Source: Pseudomonadota bacterium
GTDB taxonomy: Bacteria > Myxococcota > JACRCW01 > JAFGSX01
Assembly (NCBI GenBank): GCA_043821645.1
Contig: JBDRCO010000106.1
Coordinates: forward strand, 1-60,369
Reading direction: 5' to 3'
Length of the DNA: 60,369 bases
Part shown: one piece after another, positions 9,511-19,135 of the stretch
How positions within the stretch are numbered: position 1 is the stretch's first letter
How the letters are laid out: the number at the start of each line of letters is the position of its first letter
Notes under the pieces: generated by a model
Seen by the model: only the letters and a program-made list of their open reading frames with translations
What the model was told of the DNA's origin: nothing
The model's database searches: none
Position numbers and translations under genes: made by a program

Positions 9511-10341
9511 ATGCGCAGCATCCCCCGCGTCACCATCGTCCTGTCGCTGCTCGCCGTCGTCGCGACCGCGCGAGCCGACGAGGCCAAGCCCTTCTCGCAC
9601 AAGTTCCACCTCGAGGAGGCCGGCGCCGCATGCACCGACTGCCACCAGGCGGACCCGGCCAAGAAGAGCGGCATGGGCCTCAACGCCGAGAGCTGTTCCA
9701 ACTGCCACGATCCGGCACCCGTGTATGTGCTGCAGCCGCGGCACCGCCGGCTCGATGTCGCCTTTCCGCACCTGGCACACGTCGACAAGGCCAAGCTGGA
9801 GTGCCTGGCCTGCCACGGCGACATGCCCGTAGACAGCATCGTCGCGGGCAAACCTGTGCTCACCCAGGAGCGCTGCGTCGCGTGCCACGCCGAGAACAAG
9901 GTGAGCGTGGCCGAGAACCAGTGCGTGCGCTGCCACGGGGTGGATCAGAAGCGCGAGAAGCCCACCGACCACCAGAAGACCTGGCTGGCACGCCACGGCA
10001 CCGAATCGCGCTGGCGGGTGTTCGACGAGCACGGCCAGCAATGCCAGCTCTGCCACGGCGAGCGCGCCTGCCAGACCTGCCACCTGTCGCGACTGCCCCG
10101 GGATCACAACGGCCTGTGGCGAACCCGCATGCATGGTTCGGCGGCGAGCTGGGACCGGGACCGCTGCAAGACCTGCCACGAAACCGGCACCTGCGTGTCC
10201 TGCCACCGCAGCGCCGCACCGGTCAGCCATCGCGGCGACTGGCGCCACCTGCACGGTCGCGTGGCCGGTGGCTTCGACTCCAACTGCACGGTGTGCCACC
10301 AGCCCTCGCGCTGCGTGAGCTGTCACCGTCGGGAGCAGTGA
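9511..10341 (+). CDS. Periplasmic 11-heme cytochrome c (class III-like; OmaB/ExtA-type Pcc partner)
   Basis: Signal peptide from ATG 9511. 11 CxxCH in 276 aa, FSHKFH and FPHLAH c3-type motifs, and W..xHG repeats with closely paired CxxCH. Confidence 0.88.
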   Translation: MRSIPRVTIVLSLLAVVATARADEAKPFSHKFHLEEAGAACTDCHQADPAKKSGMGLNAESCSNCHDPAPVYVLQPRHRRLDVAFPHLAHVDKAKLECLACHGDMPVDSIVAGKPVLTQERCVACHAENKVSVAENQCVRCHGVDQKREKPTDHQKTWLARHGTESRWRVFDEHGQQCQLCHGERACQTCHLSRLPRDHNGLWRTRMHGSAASWDRDRCKTCHETGTCVSCHRSAAPVSHRGDWRHLHGRVAGGFDSNCTVCHQPSRCVSCHRREQ

Positions 10342-10343
10342 CC

Positions 10344-12011
10344 ATGAAGGCGCGCCCTGCCCCTCATCGCCTGCCCTGCGTCGTTGCGATCGCCCTTGCG
10401 GCAAGCTTCGTCGCCTGCGACCGCACACCCCTCGTCTCGGGTGCCCGCACCGGCGATGCCCCCGAGTGCATGGTGTGCCACGGTGGCGACGACAACGCTG
10501 CCCCGCCGCGCGACCTGAGCGGCTCCGACGACACGTCCCAGATCACGGTGGGCGCGCACCAGGCCCACCTGCGGGACGGTGCCATCCGCAAGGCGGTGGG
10601 CTGCCCTTCCTGCCATGTGGTGCCGACCACAACCGCGGATCCAGGGCACCTGGGTGAGGGTCCTGCCGAGGTGGTCTTCGACGTCTTTGCCCACGGCGAA
10701 GGCCTGAACCCGAGCTGGGATCGCGTGACCGGTCGTTGCAACGCCACCTACTGTCACGGTGGAGAGCTCGAAGGTGGGCTGCACAGCGCCCCGCTGTGGA
10801 CGCAGGTCGATGGCAAGCAGGTGACGTGCAAGGGCTGCCACGGGGCACCACCGCCCGAGCCACACCCGCAGTACTCGAACTGCTGGCTTTGCCACCCGGA
10901 CACCGTCCATGACGACGGCACGATCAAGGTCGCCGACGACAAGCACCTCGACGGCGAGGTGCAGGCCCTCAAGGAATGCTGGGACTGCCACGGCACCGAG
11001 GACAACCAGGGTGCGCCCCCGGCTTCCGTCGACGGCAGCACAGATCGTTCCGTCGTCGGGGTCGGTGCGCACACCGCACACGTGCAGGGCAACGTGTACA
11101 GCGCAGGCGTGTCCTGCGCCGATTGCCATCGCGTGCCCACGCTGCTCGGTGACCCTGGCCACCTCGGTAGCGAGCTTCCGGCCGAGATCACCTTTGGTGC
11201 CGTGGCCAGTGCCGACGGTGCACATCCGACCTGGAACGGCGAGACCAGCCCACCGACGTGCAGCAACGTGTACTGCCATGGCAGCACCCTCGAGGGAGGT
11301 ACCAACCTGAACCCATCCTGGACCCAGGCCGAGGCCCTGGGCCTGGAGTGCGATGCCTGCCACGGCAACCCGCCGCCGGCGCCGCACCCCCAGAACACGG
11401 CCTGCGAGGTCTGCCACCCGGGTACGGCCGCCGACCGCGATCACGTGATCGCGAGCAGCGGTCTCCACGTCAACGGCGTGGTGGATGTGCCCACGGCCTG
11501 CAATGGCTGCCACGGCGACGCCACCAGCGCGGCCCCTCCACGCGGCGTGGACGGCGCAAGCAGCACCACCCAGCATGGCGTGGGTGCGCACCGCGCGCAC
11601 GTCGAGGACAGCCCGATACGTCAGGCCCTGGCCTGCGAGGCCTGCCACGTGGTGCCCCTGAGCGTGAACAGCCCGGGCCACCTCGATGACAGCCCGGCCG
11701 AGGTCGTGTTCGGAGCACTGGCACGCAGCGACGGCGCAAGCCCGGAGTGGAATGGCAGCGCGGACCCGCCGACCTGCAGTGCCGTGTACTGCCACGGCGC
11801 CAGCCTCGCGGGAGGCGTGGCCACGTCGCCGACCTGGACCCATGTCGACGGCTCCCAGGCCGCCTGCGATAGCTGCCACGGCAACCCCCCGCCAGCACCC
11901 CATCCGCAGGTTCTGTCCTGCGAGATCTGCCATCCCAGGACCGCGGGTCCGGGGCCGGTGATCCGGATCGAAAACGGGACGCACATCGACGGAGAAATCA
12001 CTTTTTTCTGA
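10344..12011 (+). CDS. Lipoprotein multiheme cytochrome of the Geobacter CxxxxCH...CxxCH family (12 CxxCH + 3 Cx4CH in three tandem repeats)
   Basis: Lipobox FVAC. Three ~175-aa units, each CxxCH..APP..VGAHxxH..CxxCH..PGHL..Cx4CH..CxxCH..PPxPHPQ..CxxCH. Confidence 0.88.
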   Translation: MKARPAPHRLPCVVAIALAASFVACDRTPLVSGARTGDAPECMVCHGGDDNAAPPRDLSGSDDTSQITVGAHQAHLRDGAIRKAVGCPSCHVVPTTTADPGHLGEGPAEVVFDVFAHGEGLNPSWDRVTGRCNATYCHGGELEGGLHSAPLWTQVDGKQVTCKGCHGAPPPEPHPQYSNCWLCHPDTVHDDGTIKVADDKHLDGEVQALKECWDCHGTEDNQGAPPASVDGSTDRSVVGVGAHTAHVQGNVYSAGVSCADCHRVPTLLGDPGHLGSELPAEITFGAVASADGAHPTWNGETSPPTCSNVYCHGSTLEGGTNLNPSWTQAEALGLECDACHGNPPPAPHPQNTACEVCHPGTAADRDHVIASSGLHVNGVVDVPTACNGCHGDATSAAPPRGVDGASSTTQHGVGAHRAHVEDSPIRQALACEACHVVPLSVNSPGHLDDSPAEVVFGALARSDGASPEWNGSADPPTCSAVYCHGASLAGGVATSPTWTHVDGSQAACDSCHGNPPPAPHPQVLSCEICHPRTAGPGPVIRIENGTHIDGEITFF

Positions 12012-12093
12012 GACGCACCGCGTAACACAACCGTGACAGTCCACAGGGCTGTCGCCGCCCCCAAACACCCCCGCGTGCGGTATAGGTTCAAGC

Positions 12094-13578
12094 ATGAGCG
12101 ACGGCGCCGACAAGGCCTCCAGCGACGGGGCCAGCGACCCACGACAGACAGGCTGGCAGCTCGCGATGAGCACCGTCTGGCGCAGCAAGATCGGCGTGCT
12201 CGGCGTCCTGATCACCACCGTGTCCGCAGCGCTGATCCTGGTCGCGCTGCTGCAGGACTTGCTGTTTGGTGGCCTGGGACCCTATGCCGGGATCATCTCG
12301 TACATGATGCTGCCCGCGGGTTTCCTGGCCGGTCTGGCCCTGATTCCCCTGGCGCTCTATCTGCAGCGGCGACGAGCCCTGCGCGGCGAGCCCGAGAAGT
12401 CCTCGCGCCTGGTGCTCGACCTGACCAACCCCAAGCACCAGCGCCTGCTGGTGTTCGTCAGCGGCATGTCCGTGGTCAACCTGGCCCTGCTCAGCGTGCT
12501 GGGCTACCAAGCCTACCACTTCACCGAGAGCACGGCCTTCTGCGGCAAGCTCTGCCACTCCGTGATGGAGCCCGAGTACACGGCCTACCAGAGATCGCCT
12601 CATGCGCGCGTGGCCTGCGTCGAGTGCCACATCGGCTCCGGCGCCTCGTGGTTCGTCAAATCCAAGATCTCGGGCCTGCGCCAGGTCTGGGGCGTACTCA
12701 CCGACGACTTCAGCAAGCCCGTGCCCGCGCCCATCCACAACCTGCGCCCGGCGCGCGATACCTGCGAGCAGTGCCACTGGCCCGAGGTGTTTCACGGCAC
12801 GCGGCCCAAGATCTTTTACCACTACTCCGACGAGGGCAGCGTCGAGGACCCCGAGATCAGCGCGGTCATGCTCCACGTCGGCGGTCACGACAAGAAGACA
12901 GGCAGCTACCAGGGCATTCACTGGCACGTGTCGCGGGATCTGCAGGTGCAGTACCGCGCCCTCGACGAGAAGCGGGCGCAGATCCGCGAGGTCAAGGTGG
13001 TGCGCACCGACGGCAGCGAGAAGCTCTTCGTCAACAAGGCCATGCCCGAGGTCCCGGAGGGTACCGAGTGGCGACGGATGGACTGCGTGGACTGCCACAA
13101 CAGACCCACGCACATCTACGACACAGCCGAAGACTCCGTGGACGGTCAGATCCGGCAGGGGCGCCTGGATCCCACCCTGCCCGAGTACCGCAGCGCCGCC
13201 CTCGAGGTGGTCCAGGCGGCCTACCCCTCGCGCGAGGCTGCGCGCCAGGGTCTCGTCGACAATCTGCTCAAGTTCTACACCGAGAAGCACCCCGAGGTGG
13301 CGCAGGCTCGCCGGGCAGACATCGAGAAACAGGCCGCGGTGCTGTACGAGCAGGTGTGGTCTGCCAACATCTACCCGGCGATGAAGATCACCTGGGGCAC
13401 CTACCCGACGCAGCTCGGTCACCACAACGACTCGGGCTGTTTTCGCTGTCACGCGGACCAGCACAGCACGGATACCGGCGAGACGATCTCGCAGGATTGC
13501 GACCAGTGCCACAACCTGGTGGTGCAGGAGCAGAAGCTCTCCGAGCTCGACGAGAACATCAAGCATCTCCTGTTCTAG
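12094..13578 (+). CDS. ImcH-like inner-membrane NapC/NirT-family multiheme cytochrome (quinol oxidase)
   Basis: Three N-terminal TM helices. NapC/NirT signature FCGKLCH..SPHARVACVECHIGSGA..KSKISG, plus CEQCH, CVDCH, CFRCH and CDQCH (6 motifs in total). Confidence 0.85.
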   Translation: MSDGADKASSDGASDPRQTGWQLAMSTVWRSKIGVLGVLITTVSAALILVALLQDLLFGGLGPYAGIISYMMLPAGFLAGLALIPLALYLQRRRALRGEPEKSSRLVLDLTNPKHQRLLVFVSGMSVVNLALLSVLGYQAYHFTESTAFCGKLCHSVMEPEYTAYQRSPHARVACVECHIGSGASWFVKSKISGLRQVWGVLTDDFSKPVPAPIHNLRPARDTCEQCHWPEVFHGTRPKIFYHYSDEGSVEDPEISAVMLHVGGHDKKTGSYQGIHWHVSRDLQVQYRALDEKRAQIREVKVVRTDGSEKLFVNKAMPEVPEGTEWRRMDCVDCHNRPTHIYDTAEDSVDGQIRQGRLDPTLPEYRSAALEVVQAAYPSREAARQGLVDNLLKFYTEKHPEVAQARRADIEKQAAVLYEQVWSANIYPAMKITWGTYPTQLGHHNDSGCFRCHADQHSTDTGETISQDCDQCHNLVVQEQKLSELDENIKHLLF

Positions 13579-13609
13579 GAGCGAACCGAACGTAGCGAGG
13601 GAGTGACCG

Positions 13610-15775
13610 ATGACCCTGCCGACGCGCCCAGACCGTGCCACCGGTGTCGCCTGCTGGCTGCTGCCCCTGGCCTGCGTCCTGGGGGGAGGACCGGCCCTGG
13701 CCCAGGATTCGGCCCCGGCCGCAGCGGCGACCGTGGACAACGAAACCTGCCTGGGCTGCCACACCGACGCCAGCCTCACGGCCGAGACCGAGCGCGCCAA
13801 GAAACTCACGCTCGTCGTCAAGGAGGACATTCTCACGGGCTCGGCGCACGAGGGCCTGGCCTGCACCGACTGCCACACCGGAGCCAAGAGCTTCGAGGAC
13901 GTGCCGCACAACGAGGGCAAACCCCTGACCCTGGGCTGCGCCACCTGCCATGAGGAGGTCGACACCGAGTACCAGAAGAGCATCCACGGTGGCCTGCGCC
14001 GGATGGGTGATACGGAGGCCGCGACCTGCTCGGACTGCCACGGCACCCACGACATCCTGGGTCCCAAGGACAGGCGATCCAAGGTCAACAAGTTCAACCT
14101 GTCCAAGACCTGTGCGACCTGCCACCAGGGCGGACAGATGCTCAAGACCCATGACATCGCGCAGAAGGAGCCGGTCCAGCACTACATCGACTCCATCCAC
14201 GGCCGCGCGCTACTGGTCGATGGTCTGTCGGTGGCTGCCACCTGCAACGACTGCCATGGCGTGCACGACATCCTGCCGCACGAGAACGTGCGGTCTCGCA
14301 TCAGCAAGCAGAACGTACCCAAGACCTGCGGCACCTGCCACGTGCTGGTCGAGGAGGTCTACAACAAGAGCATCCACGGCCGACTGCTCGCCGCCGGGGA
14401 CAAGCGAGGCCCAACCTGCATCGACTGTCACAGCTCGCACGAGATCAGCCAGCCCCGGCGCGAGGTGTTCAAGCTCTCGATCGACCACAAGTGCGGCAGC
14501 TGCCACGAGGACAAGCTCGAGCGCTATCGCGAGACCTTCCATGGCAAGGCCATCGCCCTGGGGCGCACCGGCGTGGCGGCCTGCTACGACTGCCACGGCC
14601 ACCACGACATCCAGAAGTCCAGTGATCCCGCCTCACATACGAGCGAGGCCAGGCGCCTGGAGACCTGCCGCAAGTGCCACGCCGACGCCAACGAGAACTT
14701 CTCGAACTACCTGGTGCATGCCAGCCACACGGACAAGGAGAGCGCTCCCCAAGTCTACTACGTCTACGTGTTCATGACCGCGCTGCTGCTCGGGACCTTC
14801 CTGTTCTTCGCGGTTCACAGCGTTCTGTGGTTGCTGCGCTCAACGGTGCTGTACATCCGGGACTCCAAGACCTTCCGCGAGACCAAGTTCAGGGCGCGCG
14901 CTGACGACGAGGAATTCGTGCGCTTCCGGCCCGTGGATCGCTTCATACACGCTCTGATCATCTTCAGCTTTCTGCTGCTGGTGCTCACGGGCATGCCGCT
15001 CAAGTTCTACTACACGGACTGGGCGCGCTGGATGCTCGACGTCATGGGCGGGCAGGCAGTAGCGGCCGTGCTGCACCGCGTGGGTGCCATCGTCACCCTG
15101 TTCTACTTCGCGCTGCACATCTCCACCATGACGACGTCGATCTGGCGCGCACGGGATAGATTCAAGGATGCGACCAGCGGGCGCTACACCCTGCGTTCCG
15201 TCCTGAGCCAGGCCTTCGGTCCGGACTCGCCGGCGCCCAACCTGCAGGACCTGCGCGATTTCGTCGCCCATCAGAAGTGGTTCTTCGGCCGGGGCGAGAA
15301 GCCACAGTTCGATCGCTGGACCTACTGGGAAAAGTTCGACTACATGGCGGTGTTCTGGGGCGTCGCCGTGATCGGCCTGTCGGGCCTGATCATGTGGTTC
15401 CCCGAAAGCTTCACGACGGTGCTGCCTGGCTGGATGATCAACGTCGCCCTGGTCATACACTCGGACGAGGCTCTCCTCGCCGCGGGCTTCATCTTCACCT
15501 TCCACTTCTTCAACGTGCACTTCCGCCTCGAGAAGTTCCCCATGGACCCCATCATCTTCTCGGGCCGCATCTCCAAGACCGAGCTGCTGCACGAGCGCAA
15601 GCGCCAGTACGAGCGCTGGGTCGCCGAGGGCACGCTGGACGAGCACAGGCTCAAGGATGAGTGGTTGAGCTGGAAGCGCATCGCCCTGCCCGCAGGCTTC
15701 GCAGCCTTCCTCACGGGTGTGGTCATCGTCGTGCTCATCTACGCCGCGATGTATTCACGGTTGCTACAAAACTAG
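13610..15775 (+). CDS. CbcL-like c+b-type cytochrome (11 CxxCH plus cytochrome b membrane domain)
   Basis: Signal peptide and 11 CxxCH with repeated SIHG motifs. C-terminal FdnI/HyaC-like cytochrome b domain: RFIH, LTGMPLKF, LHRVG, WEKFDY, IHSDEA, FHFFNVH. Confidence 0.88.
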   Translation: MTLPTRPDRATGVACWLLPLACVLGGGPALAQDSAPAAAATVDNETCLGCHTDASLTAETERAKKLTLVVKEDILTGSAHEGLACTDCHTGAKSFEDVPHNEGKPLTLGCATCHEEVDTEYQKSIHGGLRRMGDTEAATCSDCHGTHDILGPKDRRSKVNKFNLSKTCATCHQGGQMLKTHDIAQKEPVQHYIDSIHGRALLVDGLSVAATCNDCHGVHDILPHENVRSRISKQNVPKTCGTCHVLVEEVYNKSIHGRLLAAGDKRGPTCIDCHSSHEISQPRREVFKLSIDHKCGSCHEDKLERYRETFHGKAIALGRTGVAACYDCHGHHDIQKSSDPASHTSEARRLETCRKCHADANENFSNYLVHASHTDKESAPQVYYVYVFMTALLLGTFLFFAVHSVLWLLRSTVLYIRDSKTFRETKFRARADDEEFVRFRPVDRFIHALIIFSFLLLVLTGMPLKFYYTDWARWMLDVMGGQAVAAVLHRVGAIVTLFYFALHISTMTTSIWRARDRFKDATSGRYTLRSVLSQAFGPDSPAPNLQDLRDFVAHQKWFFGRGEKPQFDRWTYWEKFDYMAVFWGVAVIGLSGLIMWFPESFTTVLPGWMINVALVIHSDEALLAAGFIFTFHFFNVHFRLEKFPMDPIIFSGRISKTELLHERKRQYERWVAEGTLDEHRLKDEWLSWKRIALPAGFAAFLTGVVIVVLIYAAMYSRLLQN

Positions 15776-15786
15776 CCGGAGGTTTC

Positions 15787-17880
15787 ATGAGGTCGGCTCC
15801 CCGGGGAACAACAAACTGGATGCCGGGGGGTGGGCGAAGTATTCTCTTAGTGTTTTTGTCTGTATTTAATTTTTTCTCGCCCGTCCACGCCCTGGACGGG
15901 GGCGGCAGCCCGGAGGCGAGCACCGAGGCCGCACCAGGCAACCCCTGCCTGGATTGCCACGGTGACGACAGCATCGAAGCCGTCAGCGAACGCGGCAAGA
16001 AGCTGAAGTTGCACGTCAAGGCGGACGCGCTGCAAGCGAGCGTGCACGCGGACGTCGGCTGCACGGACTGCCACGTGCTCGGCGCCGAGGCCGACAGCCA
16101 CTACGAGGCCGGCCTGAAGAAGGTGGAGTGGGGCTGTGCGGGCTGCCACGACGACGTGGTCTCGACCTTCACCAAGGATTGTATCCACGGCCGCGAGCTG
16201 GCCAAGGGCAACCCCAAGGCGCCGAACTGCCAGAACTGCCACGGTGGCCACGACATCCGCAAGGGCACCGACCCCGACTCACAGATGGCCCCGCTGCACC
16301 AGCCCGACACCTGCGGCGCCTGTCACGGCGGACGCACTGGCAAGGTTGCCCACCCCCTGGCCGGCAAGCGCCTGCTGGTCGAGCGCTACCAGGAGAGCGT
16401 GCACTTTCAGCAACTCAAGGCCGGCAAGCCCGCGGCCTCGTGCAGCGACTGCCATGGCTCGCATAACATCCTCCCGTCTTCGGACACCAACTCGCAGGTG
16501 ACGCGACTGACCTTGCTGAACACCTGTGCCAAGTGCCACGCGGCAGAGGTGCAGGCCTACAGCCAGGGCGCCCACGGCAAGACCTTGCTGCACGGCAACC
16601 AGGACGTGCCCACCTGCATCACCTGCCACGGCGACCACGACGTGATGTCGCTCAAGACCCAGGCCGGTGGCAAGCGCGACTTTGCCGCCACCCAGGTCTG
16701 TATCTGGTGCCACGGCAACCAGCGAATGATGGCGCGCTACGACTTGGATACGTCACAGGTCGACAGCTACATGCGCGATGTCCACGGCCTGATGCAGCGA
16801 GGGAGCAGCGGCGCCTCGGCAACCTGCGCCGACTGCCACGAGGCGCACCAGGCCCTGCCCTCGACCGATGAAAACGCGCGCATGAACCCCAAGAACCGTG
16901 CCGAGACCTGTGCGAGCTGCCACGGCAAGGTCTCGGAAACATTTGCCCAGAGCTTTTCGCACGCGACCAGCAAGGGTGAGACCACCGGCGGCGTGATCAA
17001 GCACTACATCGTCGTCACTTACGTGCTGCTCATCATCGCGATCATCGGCGCCATGTTCATGCACAACCTGGTCATCTGGGTGTACTTCGTGCGCCGCAAG
17101 CTGGCGTACCAGAAGCAGAACGGAGTGGCGCAGCGGCTGTCGTCGGGGGAGCGGCTGTGGCACCTGTTCTTGCTGGGCTCGTTCTTCCTGCTGGTGCTCA
17201 CCGGGTTTGCCCTGAGCTTCTCGGATGCGTGGATGTTCCGCTGGTTGCTGTCCGTGGGTATCACCGAGGGCGTGCGTGGCCTGTTGCACCGCATCGGTGC
17301 CGTCGTCAACACCGGAGCCATGGGTGTGGTACTGGTGTGGGCCTTCACCCGCGCCGGTCGCCAGAAGTGGTGGGTCGCCATGTTCCCGCGCTGGCGTGAT
17401 GTGCGGGATTTCATCGGCACCATGAAGTACTACCTGACGCTGCAAAAGGAGAAGCCGCGCTTCGCCCTGTTCAACTACGCCGAGAAGGCCGAGTACTGGG
17501 CCCTGTGGTGGGGCTCGGTGGTCATGCTGCTCACGGGCTGCATGATGTGGTTCTCGAAGTCGCTACCCGAGAGCTGGCCCAACTGGATCATCGATGCCGC
17601 GCGCACTGTGCACTACTACGAGGCGGTGCTGGCCACCCTGGCCATCGGCGTGTGGCACCTGTTCCACGTCATCTTCCACCCCGAGGAGTACCCGCTGAGC
17701 ACCATCCTGGTGACAGGGAACCTCACCGAGCACGAGGCCCACGATCGCTTCGATGCCGAGGCCATACGCGAGCAGGCCATCCCCGTCGAGGAGCCCGCAG
17801 AGCCGCTGTCGGACAAGCCCTGGATGGAGGACGGGGAACAAGCCGGCGAGTCCAAGGGGCCCAAGGCCTCGATCAAGTAG
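15787..17880 (+). CDS. Second CbcL-like c+b-type cytochrome (11 CxxCH plus cytochrome b domain)
   Basis: GGAGG RBS before ATG 15787 and 11 CxxCH. Cytochrome b domain motifs RLWH, LHRIG, YAEKAEYW, VHYYEA, WHLFHV. Confidence 0.87.
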   Translation: MRSAPRGTTNWMPGGGRSILLVFLSVFNFFSPVHALDGGGSPEASTEAAPGNPCLDCHGDDSIEAVSERGKKLKLHVKADALQASVHADVGCTDCHVLGAEADSHYEAGLKKVEWGCAGCHDDVVSTFTKDCIHGRELAKGNPKAPNCQNCHGGHDIRKGTDPDSQMAPLHQPDTCGACHGGRTGKVAHPLAGKRLLVERYQESVHFQQLKAGKPAASCSDCHGSHNILPSSDTNSQVTRLTLLNTCAKCHAAEVQAYSQGAHGKTLLHGNQDVPTCITCHGDHDVMSLKTQAGGKRDFAATQVCIWCHGNQRMMARYDLDTSQVDSYMRDVHGLMQRGSSGASATCADCHEAHQALPSTDENARMNPKNRAETCASCHGKVSETFAQSFSHATSKGETTGGVIKHYIVVTYVLLIIAIIGAMFMHNLVIWVYFVRRKLAYQKQNGVAQRLSSGERLWHLFLLGSFFLLVLTGFALSFSDAWMFRWLLSVGITEGVRGLLHRIGAVVNTGAMGVVLVWAFTRAGRQKWWVAMFPRWRDVRDFIGTMKYYLTLQKEKPRFALFNYAEKAEYWALWWGSVVMLLTGCMMWFSKSLPESWPNWIIDAARTVHYYEAVLATLAIGVWHLFHVIFHPEEYPLSTILVTGNLTEHEAHDRFDAEAIREQAIPVEEPAEPLSDKPWMEDGEQAGESKGPKASIK

Positions 17881-17938
17881 GCCCGGGCGCGAGCGTCCCA
17901 GGCTCGCCCACAACTCACCTTCACGATTTCTCTGTTAC

Positions 17939-18943
17939 TCACGACGAGGCGGAAGGATCACTGCCCTGGTCAGCATCCTTTCGCACGGCCTTCCCCCGAG
18001 GCCTGCGCTCCGGGGTCTGGTGCACGCGCAGCGCGGCCCGGGTCCCCGCCACCACCTCGAGACAGCGCGGTGCCAGCTCGACGAAGTCGCGCCTGAGCTC
18101 GCGCAGACGACAGCGCTCTGCCTGGATCAGCGCCCCGGCGGTCACGAACAGTTCGTCGCGTTCAAGGCCCTGCACCCGCGAACGCCACAGTCCGCGCAAC
18201 CAGTCGCGCAACCAGGCCTCGCCCACGGCAGCGTCCTGGTGATCGCCGAGCACGTCCTGCATGCGCACCAGGCTGTCGCGCACAGCTTGAAGATCGAGGG
18301 GACTGACCGCGGCGAAGAACTCGCAGGTGTAGCGCGCGCGCTTGACCTCGATGCGCAGGGCGTGCAGCGCCGCATCCGGCATGCGCGGGATCTTGTGAGG
18401 TCGTAGCTTTTGCACCGGACGCAGGCCCAGCCGGACCTGCTGCACCGAGGCCTGTGCGGCCAGGCCCGTCGGAGGCGTGTGCAGCAAGCTCGACGAGAGC
18501 AGCTCCAGCGCATCGATCAGGGTCGTGCAACGCGGGGACCGGAGGGCCTGCTCCAGGGCCAGGATCGCGGGCCCCCTGCGGCGACGCAGGCGCTCGTGCA
18601 GGCGGCGGCGGACACCTGCCCCCTCTTCCACCTGGTCGAGCAGACCGTCGAGGCGAGGCCCAAACACGTCGAGATCGCGCACGGCACCTGCCACCTGGGC
18701 CAGCCAGCGCAATTCGACTTGCAGCGCATCGTACCGGGCCTTTCCAACGACCTTGCGGAACTGTCTCAGGGCCGCGCGAGCACGCCGGGTGGCCACGCGC
18801 AGATCGTGCACGTGCTCGGGATCCTCGCCGGCGAGGGCGCCCGGGATGTTGGCGCGCACGACCCGGGCCTGGGTCGACAGGATCTGGGCAACCAGCTCCT
18901 CGACGCTGCTCGGCAGGGGAGCGGGCTCGGTGGTGTTCTGCAT
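17939..18943 (-). CDS. CHAD-domain polyphosphate-binding protein
   Basis: CHAD motifs EHVHDLRVATRRARA, VRDLDV, LHALRIEVKRARY and QDVLGDHQD. Start set at MQNTTEP; the rest of the 909-aa track ORF is antisense to the PPK2 gene. Confidence 0.85.
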   Translation of the reverse strand: MQNTTEPAPLPSSVEELVAQILSTQARVVRANIPGALAGEDPEHVHDLRVATRRARAALRQFRKVVGKARYDALQVELRWLAQVAGAVRDLDVFGPRLDGLLDQVEEGAGVRRRLHERLRRRRGPAILALEQALRSPRCTTLIDALELLSSSLLHTPPTGLAAQASVQQVRLGLRPVQKLRPHKIPRMPDAALHALRIEVKRARYTCEFFAAVSPLDLQAVRDSLVRMQDVLGDHQDAAVGEAWLRDWLRGLWRSRVQGLERDELFVTAGALIQAERCRLRELRRDFVELAPRCLEVVAGTRAALRVHQTPERRPRGKAVRKDADQGSDPSASS

Positions 18944-19135
18944 AGGGACCCCCTGCAGCTGCCCGGAATGTGCCATTGCAGCAGACAAGCGTGGTGGGCC
19001 CAGCCCGCGGACGCTCCCGTCGTCACCATGACAAATGGGCGGTGTCGCCACAAGGGCCGGCATGGCCTTGCATCGATCCAGGGCGGCGAGGCATGCTGGG
19101 ACCTCACCCGACGACGACCAGGCACAGGAGAGGTC

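Noticed and set aside
9630-10343. 5' extension of the 793-aa ORF suggesting a fusion or frameshift between two cytochromes
   Set aside because: Out-of-frame overlap with the 11-heme gene; the downstream cytochrome has its own ATG and lipoprotein signal at 10344.
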